From NCBI RefSeq assembly GCF_006345805.1, contig NC_043007.1, forward strand, positions 10,354,001-10,418,000: DNA of 64,000 nt, given 5' to 3'. Shown one piece after another: positions 11,334-24,095 of this stretch. The notes under the pieces were generated by a model. That model saw nothing but the letters and a program-made list of their open reading frames with translations. It did not search any database and was not told where the DNA came from. Source of the stretch: Octopus sinensis. Lineage: Eukaryota. Numbering within the stretch: position 1 is the stretch's first letter; every line of letters starts with the position of its first letter. The position numbers were made by a program, and so were the translations under genes.

Positions 11334-12545
11334 TTATTTCTGTTTCACTCTGAGCATTTTTTTAATTTCGTCTATAAAATTCTGGTTCCTACAGCTGTAG
11401 ATAATGGGATTTGTACAGGAACCGATGTAAAAACTGTGTCGTGCGAACCAATACAAAATTGATGTTGCCGAAGTCGTATTTAATGACTTCATCAGCGAAT
11501 TTATCATTATGGCGCCAAAGCTAGGCAAATAAGTCACTATAAAGACTACAGTAATCATCATCATCGTTATAGTGGTACGCTTTATCCTGTCGGCTTGTTC
11601 TTTTGCTCGTCTTTCGTTGTTCGCTTCCCGTAGTTTAGCCCTAAGAGGCGCAGTACTTTTCGTATATACCTTTGATATTTCATCCGAGGAAACTTTAGAT
11701 GAAATGTCGGTATTAGATAATTCCACTTCCTCTGTAGAAAGATTCGAAGGTAATCGATTAGAATCAACAATTTTTGGTATGTTAAACCACTTCTGTTGAA
11801 TTTCATCGGGATAGGGAATGCTTGTAGCACTATTTCTATTTTGTTGTGATTTGACACATTTTGTTTTCTCCATAACCTTCATACGTCGAAGAATTATGGT
11901 GTACAGAATAAAGAGAATAACAATCGTAACCATTGCTAGGAGATTGTATAAACCAAAGAATGCAAGTTGGTAATAATTAGGATTGTGGTCGTCCTTTGCT
12001 GAGCAAAAATATAAATAGATACCAGAATATTTAGTTGGTTTCTTGACACTTCCATAGTAAAGAAGAGTCATAAATCCCTGTGTTGCACAGAAAATAAAAA
12101 TACAGGCTGTGATGATTTTCGCAGCTTTCATTGTTATCTGAGACTTCAGTGGTTGGCATACTTTTCTGTATCTCTCTGCTGCAATGGCCAGTAGAAAACC
12201 ATAGTTACAAAGTCCTGTGAAAACTGCCAAACACAAATGGAACTGACACAGTGTATCCCAGGTTGTCATCATAGGGTAAATATTTTGGGCAATACGAGCT
12301 GGTGTCACACAGGCACATATTATCAAATCAGCACAAGCTAGCATCACGACAAAGAAATAAGTTGGTGAAAATTTTAAACGAAATCCATAAACGTAAATAG
12401 TTAAGATATTTCCAACCAAACCCGTGGTCATAGTTAATGTAATTAGAATAGTAAACGGAAGTCTTATCAAAACTTGTTGTCTGTTGAGTTCTTCGATGGT
12501 GATATTATGCTCCGTACCGTCTGTTAAATTCGTATATGATGACAT
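11334..12545 (-). CDS. Orphan class A (rhodopsin-like) GPCR, 403 aa, single coding exon (paralog 1)
   Basis: Seven hydrophobic segments; TM1 GN, TM2 LACADL, TM3 Cys and ERY, ECL2 Cys, TM6 FIVTYLP, TM7 NPIIY; N-terminal NLT/NIT sequons; long ICL3. Start set at MSSYT (12545) because the upstream 29 aa cross a splice acceptor. Confidence 0.93.
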   Translation of the reverse strand: MSSYTNLTDGTEHNITIEELNRQQVLIRLPFTILITLTMTTGLVGNILTIYVYGFRLKFSPTYFFVVMLACADLIICACVTPARIAQNIYPMMTTWDTLCQFHLCLAVFTGLCNYGFLLAIAAERYRKVCQPLKSQITMKAAKIITACIFIFCATQGFMTLLYYGSVKKPTKYSGIYLYFCSAKDDHNPNYYQLAFFGLYNLLAMVTIVILFILYTIILRRMKVMEKTKCVKSQQNRNSATSIPYPDEIQQKWFNIPKIVDSNRLPSNLSTEEVELSNTDISSKVSSDEISKVYTKSTAPLRAKLREANNERRAKEQADRIKRTTITMMMITVVFIVTYLPSFGAIMINSLMKSLNTTSATSILYWFARHSFYIGSCTNPIIYSCRNQNFIDEIKKMLRVKQK

Positions 12546-12582
12546 CCTTCTCCAATTTTGGGGTGTGTTTTCTCTGTTCAAT

Positions 12583-12605
12583 CTGAATAGGAAAAAATAG
12601 AAATA
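12583..12605 (-). promoter_or_regulatory. Splice acceptor (polypyrimidine tract + TTCAG) 37 nt upstream of GPCR1 ATG
   Basis: Minus strand TATTTTTTCCTATTCAG|ATTGAACAGAGAAAACACACCCCAAAAT; nearly the same junction precedes GPCR2. Confidence 0.8.
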
Positions 12606-12849
12606 AGGAATATTATCCTCAAGCTCCATCATTACTTTGGTGTAGACAAATTCATAATCAAACTCTAGGACTTAGATATACACACAACATAGAGAAAATA
12701 GAAGTAAAAGGAACTGAACTTACATAGACTACGTTTTACCTTTTACTTGTTTCAGTCATTGGACTGCAGCCATGACGAGGATTGTCCTTCGCGGGTTTAA
12801 TATTACAGGCCTTATACAACTAGAAAACTACCGTAAAATATTCAGCATA

Positions 12850-13800
12850 GAATTATAGAAATAGCTAACTTAGAACCAAGAAAACTGAGACAAATAACCA
12901 CAAAGCATGAACAAAATAAAAAGAAAAAACTGTTTCCTGCCGAAAAATACAAGGGAGAGGCAACAATATCTGCTTTTACTTGGCAAATGCTTCGATCATC
13001 TAAACAGAAAATAGACAAAGTAGAATCTCAACGCTAGTTGAGAAATTCAGGTCTCAAAGCAGAGACTGAAGGATTTTTAAATGCAGCACAAGATCAACGC
13101 CTCACCACCAGAAACCACCAAAAACACTTAATGAAAAAACAGAAATACAATTCCTGTAGGATAGAAATAGAGAAGACAAGTATAATAGACCCGATATAGT
13201 TGTCGTAGACCATGAAGAAGGCAAAAAGGGCCTCCTAGTGGACATATCAATCCCAATTGATGACAATGTATCGCTAAAAGAAACGGAAAATATTTGGTGA
13301 ATGTCGTACGAATAGCTGCAAAACTCAGCACATTGTTAAATGCCGACCAAATAACATCGGAGTGGTTGACAATGGGTAGGACAATACGGTAGACAATTAA
13401 AGGCCGATATACTACTTGCCACTTATGCGGAAATTATTGACTGGAATGCTCGCAGAGTCAATGTACGGACATCTAGAAAGAAATGGAGTCCTGCCACATG
13501 AGCAGAAGGGTTGCCAGCGTAAGTGCAGAGGTACGAAGGATCAACTCCTGATAGACAAAACTGTACTTAGAGAGTGCAAGAAGAGGAAAAGTAACTTAGC
13601 TATGTCATTGATCGATTATTGTAAGGCTTACGGAATGATCCCGCATTCCTGGATTATGAAATATATGAACTTATTGATATTGCATAGAATGTTGAGCGAT
13701 TGATTGGAAAAAGTATGGCGAATTGGAGGACGAAACTGACAGCACATGGAAGAAATTTAGGGACAATAGAAATCAGAAGAGGCATCTTCCAAGAGGACTA
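12850..13800 (+). mobile_element. Scrambled R4/Dong-like LINE fragments
   Basis: RPDIVV-like segment near 13180-13280; RT motifs EQKGC.R.CRG.KDQL.ID...IDY.KAY..IPH in ORF 13416..13703. Confidence 0.7.
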
Positions 13801-14127
13801 CTTTGATGATATGTGAGGTGAGTAGTTTACAGGGAACGAGTTATTCCCCTTTTTAAAGATCGGAGCGACTGACTGGGAGAGAAGGTTTTGAGGGATAAAA
13901 TCGGCATCCAGTGATTTCCTCCGGAGATTTGCAAGAGGAGCTGCAAGTTGCTGTCTGCATTCCTTCAGTGACTACACTCCTTCAGTGACTAAATATTTCT
14001 GCTACATATGTATGTGTGCAGATTTGTATATTTTGTTTTATGTATTTATTTTCATGCATATAGTTGCATATGCAGACATGCATGTATGTACTTAAATGAT
14101 AAACATCTGGAAAGTTTTAGATTGTTA

Positions 14128-15344
14128 CGAGGGACGTTCAATAAGTAATGCTCCTGACACACTTGTTTGATCTAGCTGAAATTTTGCATGTGCAATTATT
14201 TATATCTCTATAGATTAAGTGGCAAATTACAGCTCTGAACTAATTGTGGTTTCTGATTTACAGGTGTTTGAACTGAGTCAAGTGTGAAATGGAGCCTGTT
14301 GAGTGTCGAGCAGTGATCCGGTTTTTGTATTTGAAAGGACGCACACCACGGGAGACTTTTGATGAAATGAAACTAACTTATGGTGATGATGCCCCATCAT
14401 ATGACCTTGTAAAACGCTGGCATCGTGAATTCAAACATGGTCGGAACTCTGTGGAAACAGCTCCCAGATCTGGTCGCCCCCTTCTGCCATTGATGAGGCA
14501 TCTGTCCGTCAAGTTGAGGCTGCCATTTTGGAAGATTGACGCATAACTATTCGCCAAATAGCCCATGAGGTCAAGATTAGTACCGGGTCAGTGGAAACTA
14601 TCATTCATTACCATTTGCATATGCAAAAGGTGTCTGCCAGATGGATTCCCAAGTTGCTTACACCTTTCCAGAAGCAAGAACGCGTCGAGTGCTCGAGGAT
14701 GAATTCGGAGATGTGCCAAGAAGATGAGTCAACATTTTTCAAAAGACTGATTACATAGGATGAAATCTGGGTCCATCACTATGATCCAGAGACCAAAGCC
14801 CAGTCAATGCAGTGGAAGCACCGTGACTCACCTCCTCCAAAGAAGGCAAGGGTGCAGCCCTCCGCTGGCAAGGTCATGCTCACAGTCTTCTGGGACCAGG
14901 TCTGAGTAGTGATGACAGATTTCCTGGTAAAAGGTACCACAATTACAGGAGCCTATTATGCTTCATTTTTGAGGAAATTAAGAGAAGCTATCAAAATCAA
15001 GAGGCGAGGCAAGATCAGCAAAGGCATCCTCCTCCTGCAGGACAACGCTCCGGTCCACAACTCGCGTGTCGCCAGATCAGAAGCACAGGCGTGCGGCTAT
15101 GAACTTGATTTTGAAAGGAAAGCGTTTCCCAGATGATGCAGCCTTGATTTCTGGAGTCACGTCCTGGTTGGAGACCAAGCTGGAGTCTTTTACAAAAACG
15201 GTCTCCAGAGCTGCATCAAACGATGGGAGAAATGCGTAACTCTGGGTGGTTCCTATGTAGAAAAAGACTAATAACTGTGCCAAGTTTCGTTGCTCTACTG
15301 CAATGGGAAGTGGGTTAGGGGCATTACTTATTGAACACCCCTCG
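14128..15344 (+). mobile_element. Mariner transposon (defective), 1217 bp, TA TSD
   Basis: TIRs TA|CGAGGGACGTTCAATAAGTAATGC and GCATTACTTATTGAACACCCCTCG|TA; HTH N-terminus RAVIRFLYLKG...RSGRP; WIP.LL, DE.W, LLQDNAPVH; frameshifts and an internal deletion. Confidence 0.93.
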
Positions 15345-15354
15345 TACAGTTTCA

Positions 15355-15960
15355 GTTCTGGTTTTGAGGAGCCTAATTTCTCAAGATTAGTATTTAGGCA
15401 GTGTGTTACATCCCAGTGCCCCAATGATTACAGGTATAAACTTCCACTTGTAATCTGGATAGAGTAACTGCAAATTTCTCATTAGTTCAGCGTAGGTGTT
15501 CTCTTTTCACTGATCTTTTGCTTTATGTTGACATCCGCTGGGCAGTTGATTTCCACAGTTTCTCTTTTTTTATCCCAATTCATTATATCAGGTCTATTGT
15601 GTTTAAATTTTATTCAAGTTTCACTGGGATATTTCACCAGTACTCCTTTTTCTTATGAGTGGCTATGGCTATGAGTTCTTATTCCTTTGTCCTCGCGGTT
15701 ATCCTTTCGACAGATCTCGTTATACAGTGTCCTAGATACAACGTCATGTCTCATCGGTAGATAACCCTGATGACATTTTCTGACAACATCATAATGTGGG
15801 TGATATCTTCGGTATTAACTCAACAAAGTCTGCATCGGTTATCACATTTTACTGCTTTTCCTGCATCTCTATCCTTTTTGTGCATCAGGTAGTTGACTGA
15901 TAATCCCTGTTCTAGAATTGTAAACGTATCTCCTTCAAAGTGGGAGTTAGTAATCCGGTT
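15355..15960 (-). mobile_element. RLE-type (R4-like) LINE 3' fragment
   Basis: CRLC..EDITH zinc motif and LQLLYPDYK..IPVIIGALG tail; a related fragment lies near 47720-47830 on plus. Confidence 0.6.
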
Positions 15961-16084
15961 GTTGGTCCGGATTATGTATGTATGTATGTATGTATGTTTA
16001 TATATCCCCTCCCCTCCTTCCTGCAACACATGCAGATAAAGAAAAATACGGCTAAATTCTTTAATATTGCAGCTGTACAAAAGA

Positions 16085-16300
16085 AGGCGACAACCATCGA
16101 TTACATCAATATTGGGCAGACAGATGTAACAGCTGTCATAGAAGAAATAAGCTCAAGCTCAGCAACTGGTCCCGATGGCTTCCCAGCTATTCTCCTGAAG
16201 TCACGTAAGCAGGATTTGGTGAAACCACTTCAGACACTTTTCCAGAATTTCCTTGCAAGTGGTAAACTTCCTAAAAAGCTAAAAGAAGGCATTATATGTT
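16085..16300 (+). mobile_element. CR1-group RT N-terminal fragment
   Basis: SATGPDGFPAILLK....LVKPL..LF...L..GKLP..LKEGII. Confidence 0.7.
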
Positions 16301-16449
16301 CTATCCACATATTATATCCACACATTATATGTTCTATCGACCCTTAGTCGAGCAAATCGACCCCAGGACTTATTCTTTGTACGCATAGTACTTATTCTAT
16401 CGGTCTGTTTTGCCGAACCGCTAAGTTACGGGGACGTAAACACACCAGC

Positions 16450-16850
16450 ATCTGTGGTGTATTACCTCCACTGTGCTGTATTTCTTACCTCTGGTGTAAT
16501 ATGTTATTATATCCTTTATCTCTCGTAGACATTCCTCTACCGCTTCCTCCGCTGCTACTTCAACTTTTTCATTGCCACATTCAACGTTCTATAAATAATT
16601 GTCCTTTTTTCAGTTTTTTTCAAGTATTTCTTTATGGGACGTCAACCTTAGGCTGTCCCCTTCCTTCTTCAGCAAACCGTTATATTCTTCTTTAATTCGA
16701 TTTCTTGGGCCTGCAGTACCTCTACTAACATGTCTTTGTTAGTCACCGCAGCATAACTGCCCGCTGGTTTACTTTCTATGACGGTATCATTCATAACTTC
16801 ACCCATAAATGGGGAAGAAAAGTAAAAGCCAGTCAACAACACCAATTTCA
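16450..16850 (-). mobile_element. Tx1-type ORF1 N-terminal fragment
   Basis: Minus-strand EKRTIIYR..EECLREI segment is homologous to EKRTVFFR..ALTCIRD of 18027-19291. Confidence 0.5.
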
Positions 16851-17659
16851 ACAATTCCAGTTAATAACAGTTCAACAATTCAGTAAATTAACAATACAAT
16901 ACAACAAAACTCACATGGAGCGGACACACTTCTAACATAGCTCGGAATCAAATGACGCCGACGTCCTCTCAACAATTAGCCAAGGATGATTCTTAAAATG
17001 AGAATATCTGAAATCCACTCGACTGCTCTCACAAAAGAGAATACTAAAAATGAACCCGACCGCTCTCAAAAATTAAATTTAAAAAAAACTGGAAAAATAA
17101 CCCAGAATCCTTGTCCGATACCTGTCCGGTAGGGGTACCGTGTTTGTAATTCTGTGTGTTTATTGTCTGGGTAATGAAAATATTTACTTGACTTAAGCGC
17201 ATACATGTCGATAAGTCCTGGGAAGTCACTACGTAAAAGTTTTGAAACACTGGTTATTTTTTAGATAGATGACTCATCTCAAAGCAGCTGTAGAAAATTT
17301 TAGTAATAGTAATAAATAGTTTAGCCATATCTAATACAAGTCAAAGTTAACAAATTCGCTATTCAAAATAGTTACAAAGTAGTAGAAACATTAATAATGA
17401 TAATAAGTTCAAAGCATGAAACCTTTTCGTTACCTCTCCTCTTCAATTTCGGCCTTCCTTTAGTATTCCTGTTGTTTTAGATCGATATATAGAATTAGGT
17501 ATATATGTAAGTGTACTGTAATGTGTTAATGTGTATGTATAATATATAATATAAGGGAGTTAATATAACATAAGGGAGATAATATAACACAAGGGAGATA
17601 ATCAGAGAAAGATTTGAAAGATTTCGTCTAAAGTGAAGTAAATATAACAAAACGTAATC

Positions 17660-17834
17660 CAGAATCCTTGTCCAGTGCCGGATCGATCCCAAAATCTAAT
17701 CAATTCGTGCCAGTCACAAGGCCAAATATCCCTAAAAGTTTCATCCGAATCTATTTAGCGTTTCTTGAGATATCTTGTCTACGGACAAACAAACAAAGAC
17801 GACCGAAAACAATACATCCGCCTTCGCTAACACG

Positions 17835-17840
<6 letters not shown>
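17660..17840 (+). mobile_element. 3' end of Helentron-associated (HINE/DINE-1-like) element
   Basis: AAAGTTTCATCCGAATC...GAGATATC...GGACAAACAAACAAA...AAAACAATAC followed by a degenerate terminal stem-loop (TCCGCCTTCGCTAACACGGA). Confidence 0.5.
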
Positions 17841-17888
<48 letters not shown>

Positions 17889-18026
17889 ATAATAAAAATA
17901 ATTACAACAGAATCAAAATTAAAAGGAGAGTGCCATTGTCATCTAGTGAACGATATTTCAACATCTCGTGTGTCTTTAACAGGTTAAAAAAAAAAAAGTA
18001 GATTTTGTCAATCTACTTCATTTTGG

Positions 18027-18929
18027 TTAATATATAAAGGATTGAGGTAACTTCTCCAGAAGATATAGATCCCATGTACCTTTTATCAGTTGAAAGCAGA
18101 AGGCGCACAAATGGGTTGTTTCTCCACAAACAAAACAATGTGGATTTTTGCCCCCAGTTATTATGTGTATTACCGTTCTATTTTGGAGACGGATGTGGAC
18201 CGAGATTCTTTTTATGTATTGTGGCCTGATCTGGAGAAGTATCTCCAGGTCAACTCCGAACCAGTCCTCTCTGGCAGATTTTGTCACCTCTATCGGAACG
18301 GTATCTGATCCTTGCTCGATTATGCATCCCAGAAGATACCACATATTAAGTCCTGGTTGTATCCTGGGAATGCGGACATGTGCTGTTCTTTTTCCCATGT
18401 GGGAGTGGTACATAATGATCTTGCTGGTTTTGCAAGGGATCCTTGAGTGCTTCTTAGCGAGGGCTTCTGATTTAAAAAGCACTGAAATGATACCGTATTG
18501 TCTGCTCCTCGCTATATACTCGGTGTCATCCCTGATGCATGTTAGCGCAGCTTCAATATCTGTTTGTGTTATTAAAGTTGCTTTTCTTAGATGCATCTGA
18601 AAAACACCGTTCTTTTTTCCACTGCTTCAATGGCCTCTGACGGAAACGTTAGGTTGGCCCAGGTTTTCTCGTATTTGATGAGTTTCCAGGCTTCGGCCAA
18701 CTTTTCATCTTTATTTGTGATGTCTAGGCTGAGTTGTAGTCTTATTTTGGCTGCTGCCGTTGCGAAAGTATTCTTGCTGTTGGTAATATCACTATCACTG
18801 TTGCTGTTTTTGTTGCTGTTGTTGCTGCTGTCGCTGCTGTTGTTGTTGCCATCGTTTTGGTTGGTGTTGTTGGTGTTGTTGACACTTTTGCTATCGTTGT
18901 TGTCACCATCGCTGCTACTGCTGACGTTG

Positions 18930-18978
<49 letters not shown>

Positions 18979-19291
18979 AGCTGCTGCTGCTGGCACTGGT
19001 GGTAGCGGTGTAGATGGTAGTGTTTTCGCTTGTGTTGTTGGTGTTTATAATTTTCTTCTTTTTGTTTCTGCGGTGGTAAAGAAGAGGAAAGAAGCAAGGG
19101 GAATTCTTTTCATACATTCCACATGCGCTATTGTTGTTGTTGTTGCTACGGCAGTCGCTGACTTGTTCAACTTGACTGTTCTGCCTTATGATTACCCCGC
19201 TGTTCTTTTTAGTGGACGGACGGTTTTCGTTCGCCATCTTTGATATTAGCGAGGGTGTGTTGTAATCCAAATAAATCCCAAAATAACTCAC
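18027..19291 (-). mobile_element. Tx1-type gag-like ORF1 (one frameshift near 18590), no ORF2 attached
   Basis: C-terminal zinc knuckle CFVCGETTHLCAFC; RRM-like GIISVLFKS; N/S-rich microsatellite-encoded N-terminus; homologous to 37699-38675. Confidence 0.7.
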
Positions 19292-19431
19292 AAGGGCTAC
19301 AAATGGGAAAGAAGTAACCAGTTGCCCAAGGTACCGGTTTGTTTAAATAGTAACAATAAGAAATATACAAGGTAAAGCAATACATAACAAAGCAAAATAC
19401 AAACCGATCAGGTCGACGACGACGATGATGA

Positions 19432-19969
19432 TGCCCTGATGCAGTACTAGGCAGTGGCTCTCATGGCTTCTGATCTTATCATGTACATTGTTTTGTCTTG
19501 GTATAAAAGATGGGCTACAGCAAATATTCTGCTCAATACCACAGATTTGCTTGTCAGTTGTTTGACCTTAACTAGTTGAGCATGTCCCTTAGTGGCTGAC
19601 GATATGTGCATCTGTGATCACGAGCAGAAGTAGAGGGGGAGCATCATAGCCATGTGTTGAGAGGGATTCTTTGGGGTTTGAATAATTCACCTCTGGAAAC
19701 ATGGGTGTTTCGTTCAACATCTTTAAACAACCCTTATTCAGGGACCTTTTGAGCGGGATGGGCTACTCGACCAGAAGAAAATTCTAACTGGGTTCCACAT
19801 GCAAGGTCATGCGCTGTTTATCTTGATATGAGATCACCATGTCTCGCACATATGGTTGTGATGCATGTGCCTAGTGCACCCTTATCAGACGGGTAGTCAT
19901 GATGGGTATACTGCGCTTCGTATATTTGTAACCCAGTATCATTTGATGGCATGCACGGCTCTCCTACTC

Positions 19970-20015
<46 letters not shown>
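19432..20015 (+). mobile_element. ~530 bp non-coding interspersed element ending in (AAT)n, copy 1
   Basis: GCCCTGATGCAGTAC.AGGCAGTGGCTCTC...CTCTC.CACTCAATAATAAT; other copies at 53016-53546 (+), 55511-55960 (-) and 63677-63740 (+, partial). Confidence 0.85.
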
Positions 20016-20016
<1 letters not shown>

Positions 20017-20019
20017 CAG

Positions 20020-21480
20020 CTGATGCAGAACGGGACACCCTAATCCAGTCTGTGCGGATTTTCACCAATGATATTAAGATCGAATTTGAACTCTGAAAAT
20101 GTGGTACGATGGTGATGAGACGAGGTAGCTTGCCAGGATAGAAGACATATAACTACCAAGTGGTGAAATGATGAAGGCAATTCAACCTCAATCCACCTAT
20201 GAATACATGGGAATACTTGAGGCAGATGGAATCAAACATCACGACATGAAGGAAAAGACAAAAAGATAATACCTGCAACAATTGAGAAGAATACTGACTT
20301 CAAAGCTGAATGCCAGAAACATAATTTCGGCAATAAACTCGCACGGAATCGCAGTATCTAATTATGGTGCTGGAATTCTGAAGTGAGCAGAAGAGGAGCT
20401 AAAGGGGATGGGCAGGAAGTCAAACAAGCTCCTTAGGATGCATGGAGTCTATCATTCCCGTGCAGACACTGATCGCCTATAAATGAAGAGAGCAAATGGA
20501 GGAAGGGGACTGCTACGTGTGGAAGACTGCGTGTGTATCGAACTCGAGAGATTAATGAGATACTTTGGTCAAAGTAAGGAAACCTTGCTAGTGGCAGTTA
20601 GAAACGAGGAAGTATTGAAAACAGAAAAAAAAAGGAAAAACATAGGAAGAAGTACAAAAATGACATGAAGAAGCATTTAGCAATAAGGGACTACGCAATC
20701 AATTCTATGTAGTCCCAACATAAGTAGCTGGCAAAACATACGTGGATTGGCTGATGAAAGGAACCTTAAAAAAAGAGACTGAAAGCACTATACCGGCAGG
20801 GCAGGACCAAGCTCTGACCACGAACTGGGGGATCAACATTAGGAATGAGCAAGTGTCTCCGCTGTGTGCATCTGCAATAGAGTGGATGAACCCATTGCCT
20901 ATATCGCGAACGAATGCCCTAGATTTGCCCAAAACCACAACAAGTTGTGGTGACACGACCAGTATGCGAAAGTGCTACATTGGAAACTGTGCGAAAAGAG
21001 GGGCTAGAAAGAGGCTAGACGTGGTATGAGCACAGACCGTAGAGACAGGTAGAGTCGGAGACTAACAAAATCCTCTGGGATTTCTCACTTCAAACAGATC
21101 AGGTGCTAGAACATAACAGATCGGACTTAGTAGTGGTGGACAAGGTGCACCACATGTACTATATATTTAATATTGCATGCCCCCCTGACCCACAAAGTAG
21201 TCAAGAAGCAAGACGAAAAAATAGATAGATACAATCCTCTTAAGTACGATTATAGCCCGGCAATAAAAAATGAAGAAGGTGAAGATAGTGCCAATTATTT
21301 TTGGGTCGTTGGGAACAGTATCAGAAGGCATCAATAGGAATATAAAGGAAATTAGAATAGAGTGCCCAATAGAACTGTTACAAAAGATATGCCTCCTTGG
21401 CACGGCCAGAATAATCAGGAAAGATAACTGAAAAGAGCGAATGGCATGGTATACCGTAGGCTGCAGGTAGCATGCCCGCT
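20020..21480 (+). mobile_element. Decayed R4/Dong-like LINE (end of RT to RLE endonuclease)
   Basis: Y.YMGILEA, LNARN.I.AIN, DRL...RANGGRGL, RHD.V...LHW, ILWDF..QTD..LEHN..D, IIPI..GSLG segments across frameshifts. Confidence 0.8.
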
Positions 21481-21859
21481 ACGTATGCAAGACTCCAGGA
21501 GCTCCAACAAAACCTGTGATAAAGAGATGATAATATTGATAATACACTTTTATTTTTTTCCTTTTTCTTTTTGTCTTTCCTCTATTACATGGCTTTGTAA
21601 ATGAACAATCTGGTGTGGAGTTTCGTCGGCGTCCAACCACTGAGCTGAGCGTTTCAGTTGTCGTAAAGAGTCAACTTTTCATCGCAAGTTACGATCCTGA
21701 TGAGAAACGGGTCGTTCTTTTTGCGTAAAAGAAGGGAAGACGACACTTCAAAAAGGCGTCTTTTTTGGTTGTCGTTTAATTCGTGCGACTTACATTTCTC
21801 AAGTATTTTTGTTTTTCCAGTCCCTTTCAAGTGGTTGGAAATTGTCGTAGACGTTGCGT

Positions 21860-22150
21860 CTAATTCAGAACAAACTCTCGAACAGTTGAGCGTGGATTGG
21901 CTTCAACTAAGGCTCTTAGTTGATCGTTGTCAACGTCCGATGGCCGACCACTACGCTTATCATCTTCAAGGATCTCATCACCGCTACGAAATTTCTTGAA
22001 GCACCATTGTGCTGTATGTTCATTAGTGGTTCCTGGGCCAAACGCATCGTTAAAATCACGAGCTGTTTCAGCAGCTTTTGGGCCAAGCTTGAACTGGAAT
22101 AAGAAAATTGTGCGAATTTGCTTTTTGTCCATGTTGTATTCAACGTTCCG
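21860..22150 (-). mobile_element. Mariner (Hsmar1/cecropia-like) 5' fragment
   Basis: MDKKQIRTIFLFQFKLG.KAAETAR..N.AFG.GT.NE.TAQW.FKKFRSG...LED..RSGRPS.VDNDQL. Confidence 0.85.
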
Positions 22151-22239
22151 GAAAAAATGGCCTAATTATTCATTAAAAAAAAAGTACTTTGGCATACTAG
22201 AGTTAACGAAATCATGGAGAAGGAAATGAAAGATTAGCT

Positions 22240-23470
22240 GAGGAAAAATATTTCTGAAGACTAAGATTGACGTGGCGCACAGAATTGACTTGATAGAATA
22301 AAATCCAGGCAGTTAATATATGGACGTCACTTCGGCATGGAGCTGGAATCAGAAACTGGCAAAGGAAAGTGCTGATGAACATGGATACGAAAACAAGAAA
22401 AATGTTGACAGTGCTCGGAGCCTTCCAGTCTAAGGGTGACATTGATAGGTTGTACTTATCCAGAAGAAAGAGTGAGCCAGGTTTGATCAGTTGCCAGGAT
22501 TATATCGAAACCGAGGAAAACAGTTTAGCGTGGTATGTAAAAATTACCGTGGAACCATTGTTGAAACCTATGAAGAAGTCCGGTGTCATTAAAATTGATA
22601 ATTGTGCAAAGAAAGAAAAACTTAAAATGAAAAAAGACGCAGCACGAAGGAGAAAAAAAAACGTATGGTCCGTTTGAAAGAGATACGAGCGCTTAGACAG
22701 ATAGAGAAGACCGGTGGCTATGGATGAGGGAGAGTAACCTGAAGATAGAGACAGAAGCTCTTACGTTTCTAGCATCACAAGAACAGGCGTTAAGGACTAA
22801 CTAAGTGAAGTGCAGAATCGACAACACTACCAAGAGCGACACTTTCAGAATTTATGGTGAGAGGGGTGAAACGGAATGGCACATCGTCAGCGAATGTCCG
22901 AAGTTGGCACAACGCGATTACAAAAGACGACATCACAATGTGGGAAGAATGATCTATTGAGAGCTCTGTGGAAATCATAGCCTACGTGGTATGAGAAAAC
23001 CCTAGAAGAGGTCACAGAGAATGAAGATTATAAAATCTCGTGGGATGCAATAATCTAGAGCGATCACCTAACCAGACATCGGAAACCGGACATTGTTGTG
23101 GTGAATAAAAATGGAAGGACTTGCATGGTAATCAAAATAGCATGTCTCTGTGATAACAAGATCAAAGAGGAAGAAAAAAAATTAACAACTACGACGATTT
23201 GATGTGGGAAATACGAAGATTGTAGTCAATGGGGAGAGGAGACGTGATATTAAAAGTAATAGGCGCACTTGGAAGTATCAGCACTCAACTACCAGCATGG
23301 CTCAAAAAGATTGGTACAAATGTAAAAGTAGAACACTTAGAAAAATCAGTATTGCTTGGAACTGCAAAAATTCTTCGCAGGGTTCTTGAAGCATAACTAG
23401 TAAATAAGTGTCACCTTCGACTGCTGGCTGTGGACATCTGACACTTCCCATCATATCCAGTAAAATAAGC
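22240..23470 (+). mobile_element. Decayed R4/Dong-like LINE 3' portion followed by (AAT)n
   Basis: MDTKTRKMLT..GAF..KGDIDRLYL.R...PGLI; ETEWHIVSECPKLAQRDYKRRH; HRKPDIVVV. Confidence 0.8.
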
Positions 23471-23483
23471 TGAGTTTTCATCA

Positions 23484-23549
<66 letters not shown>

Positions 23550-23559
23550 CATAATTGCA

Positions 23560-23705
23560 CTATTAGGCACTGCACACATCCTACGCAGAACACTTTCCAT
23601 ACAATAACCATCAGAGCATCACAACAAATCACAGCACATACCCAAGGCACACAGAGCTGCGCTCGGTAGTGAAATGAAAGCACGCTATAAAAATAAAACT
23701 ACAGA
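23560..23705 (+). mobile_element. Extreme 3' end of the Dong-like family (LGTAHILR + 3' UTR)
   Basis: Same 3' UTR ending AAAATAAAACTAC.GAATAATAAT as at 27938, 31071 and 63590; embedded in (AAT)n. Confidence 0.85.
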
Positions 23706-23732
23706 ATAATAATAATAATAATGATAATAATA

Positions 23733-23763
<31 letters not shown>

Positions 23764-24095
23764 GGGATATGGTTAATACGTTCTATATATCACCGATAAT
23801 ATACAGGAGATACTTCCCAGCACCAATGCATCATATATAATACACATTGCCAATTTTTTTCAACACTAGACTAACTTATGACAGGAAAGCTTTATATTAC
23901 TGAGAACGTATGAAACAATGATTAATTAAAAGTCTGAAAACGAGCATGAATGTTTGGAACAAAATTATGAAAATGCTTTGGACAAGCAAAGTGTAAATGA
24001 GTATTTCAGAGGATAATTATTAATTGTGCACACCATGTTTTTTCGTAAAAAAAAAGATAACTGCTTTGAATACACACAATAAACACTAACAAGGT

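Noticed and set aside
12546-12632. 29-aa N-terminal extension of GPCR1 in the ORF track
   Set aside because: It crosses a polypyrimidine tract and an AG acceptor conserved with GPCR2, whose ORF has no such extension.
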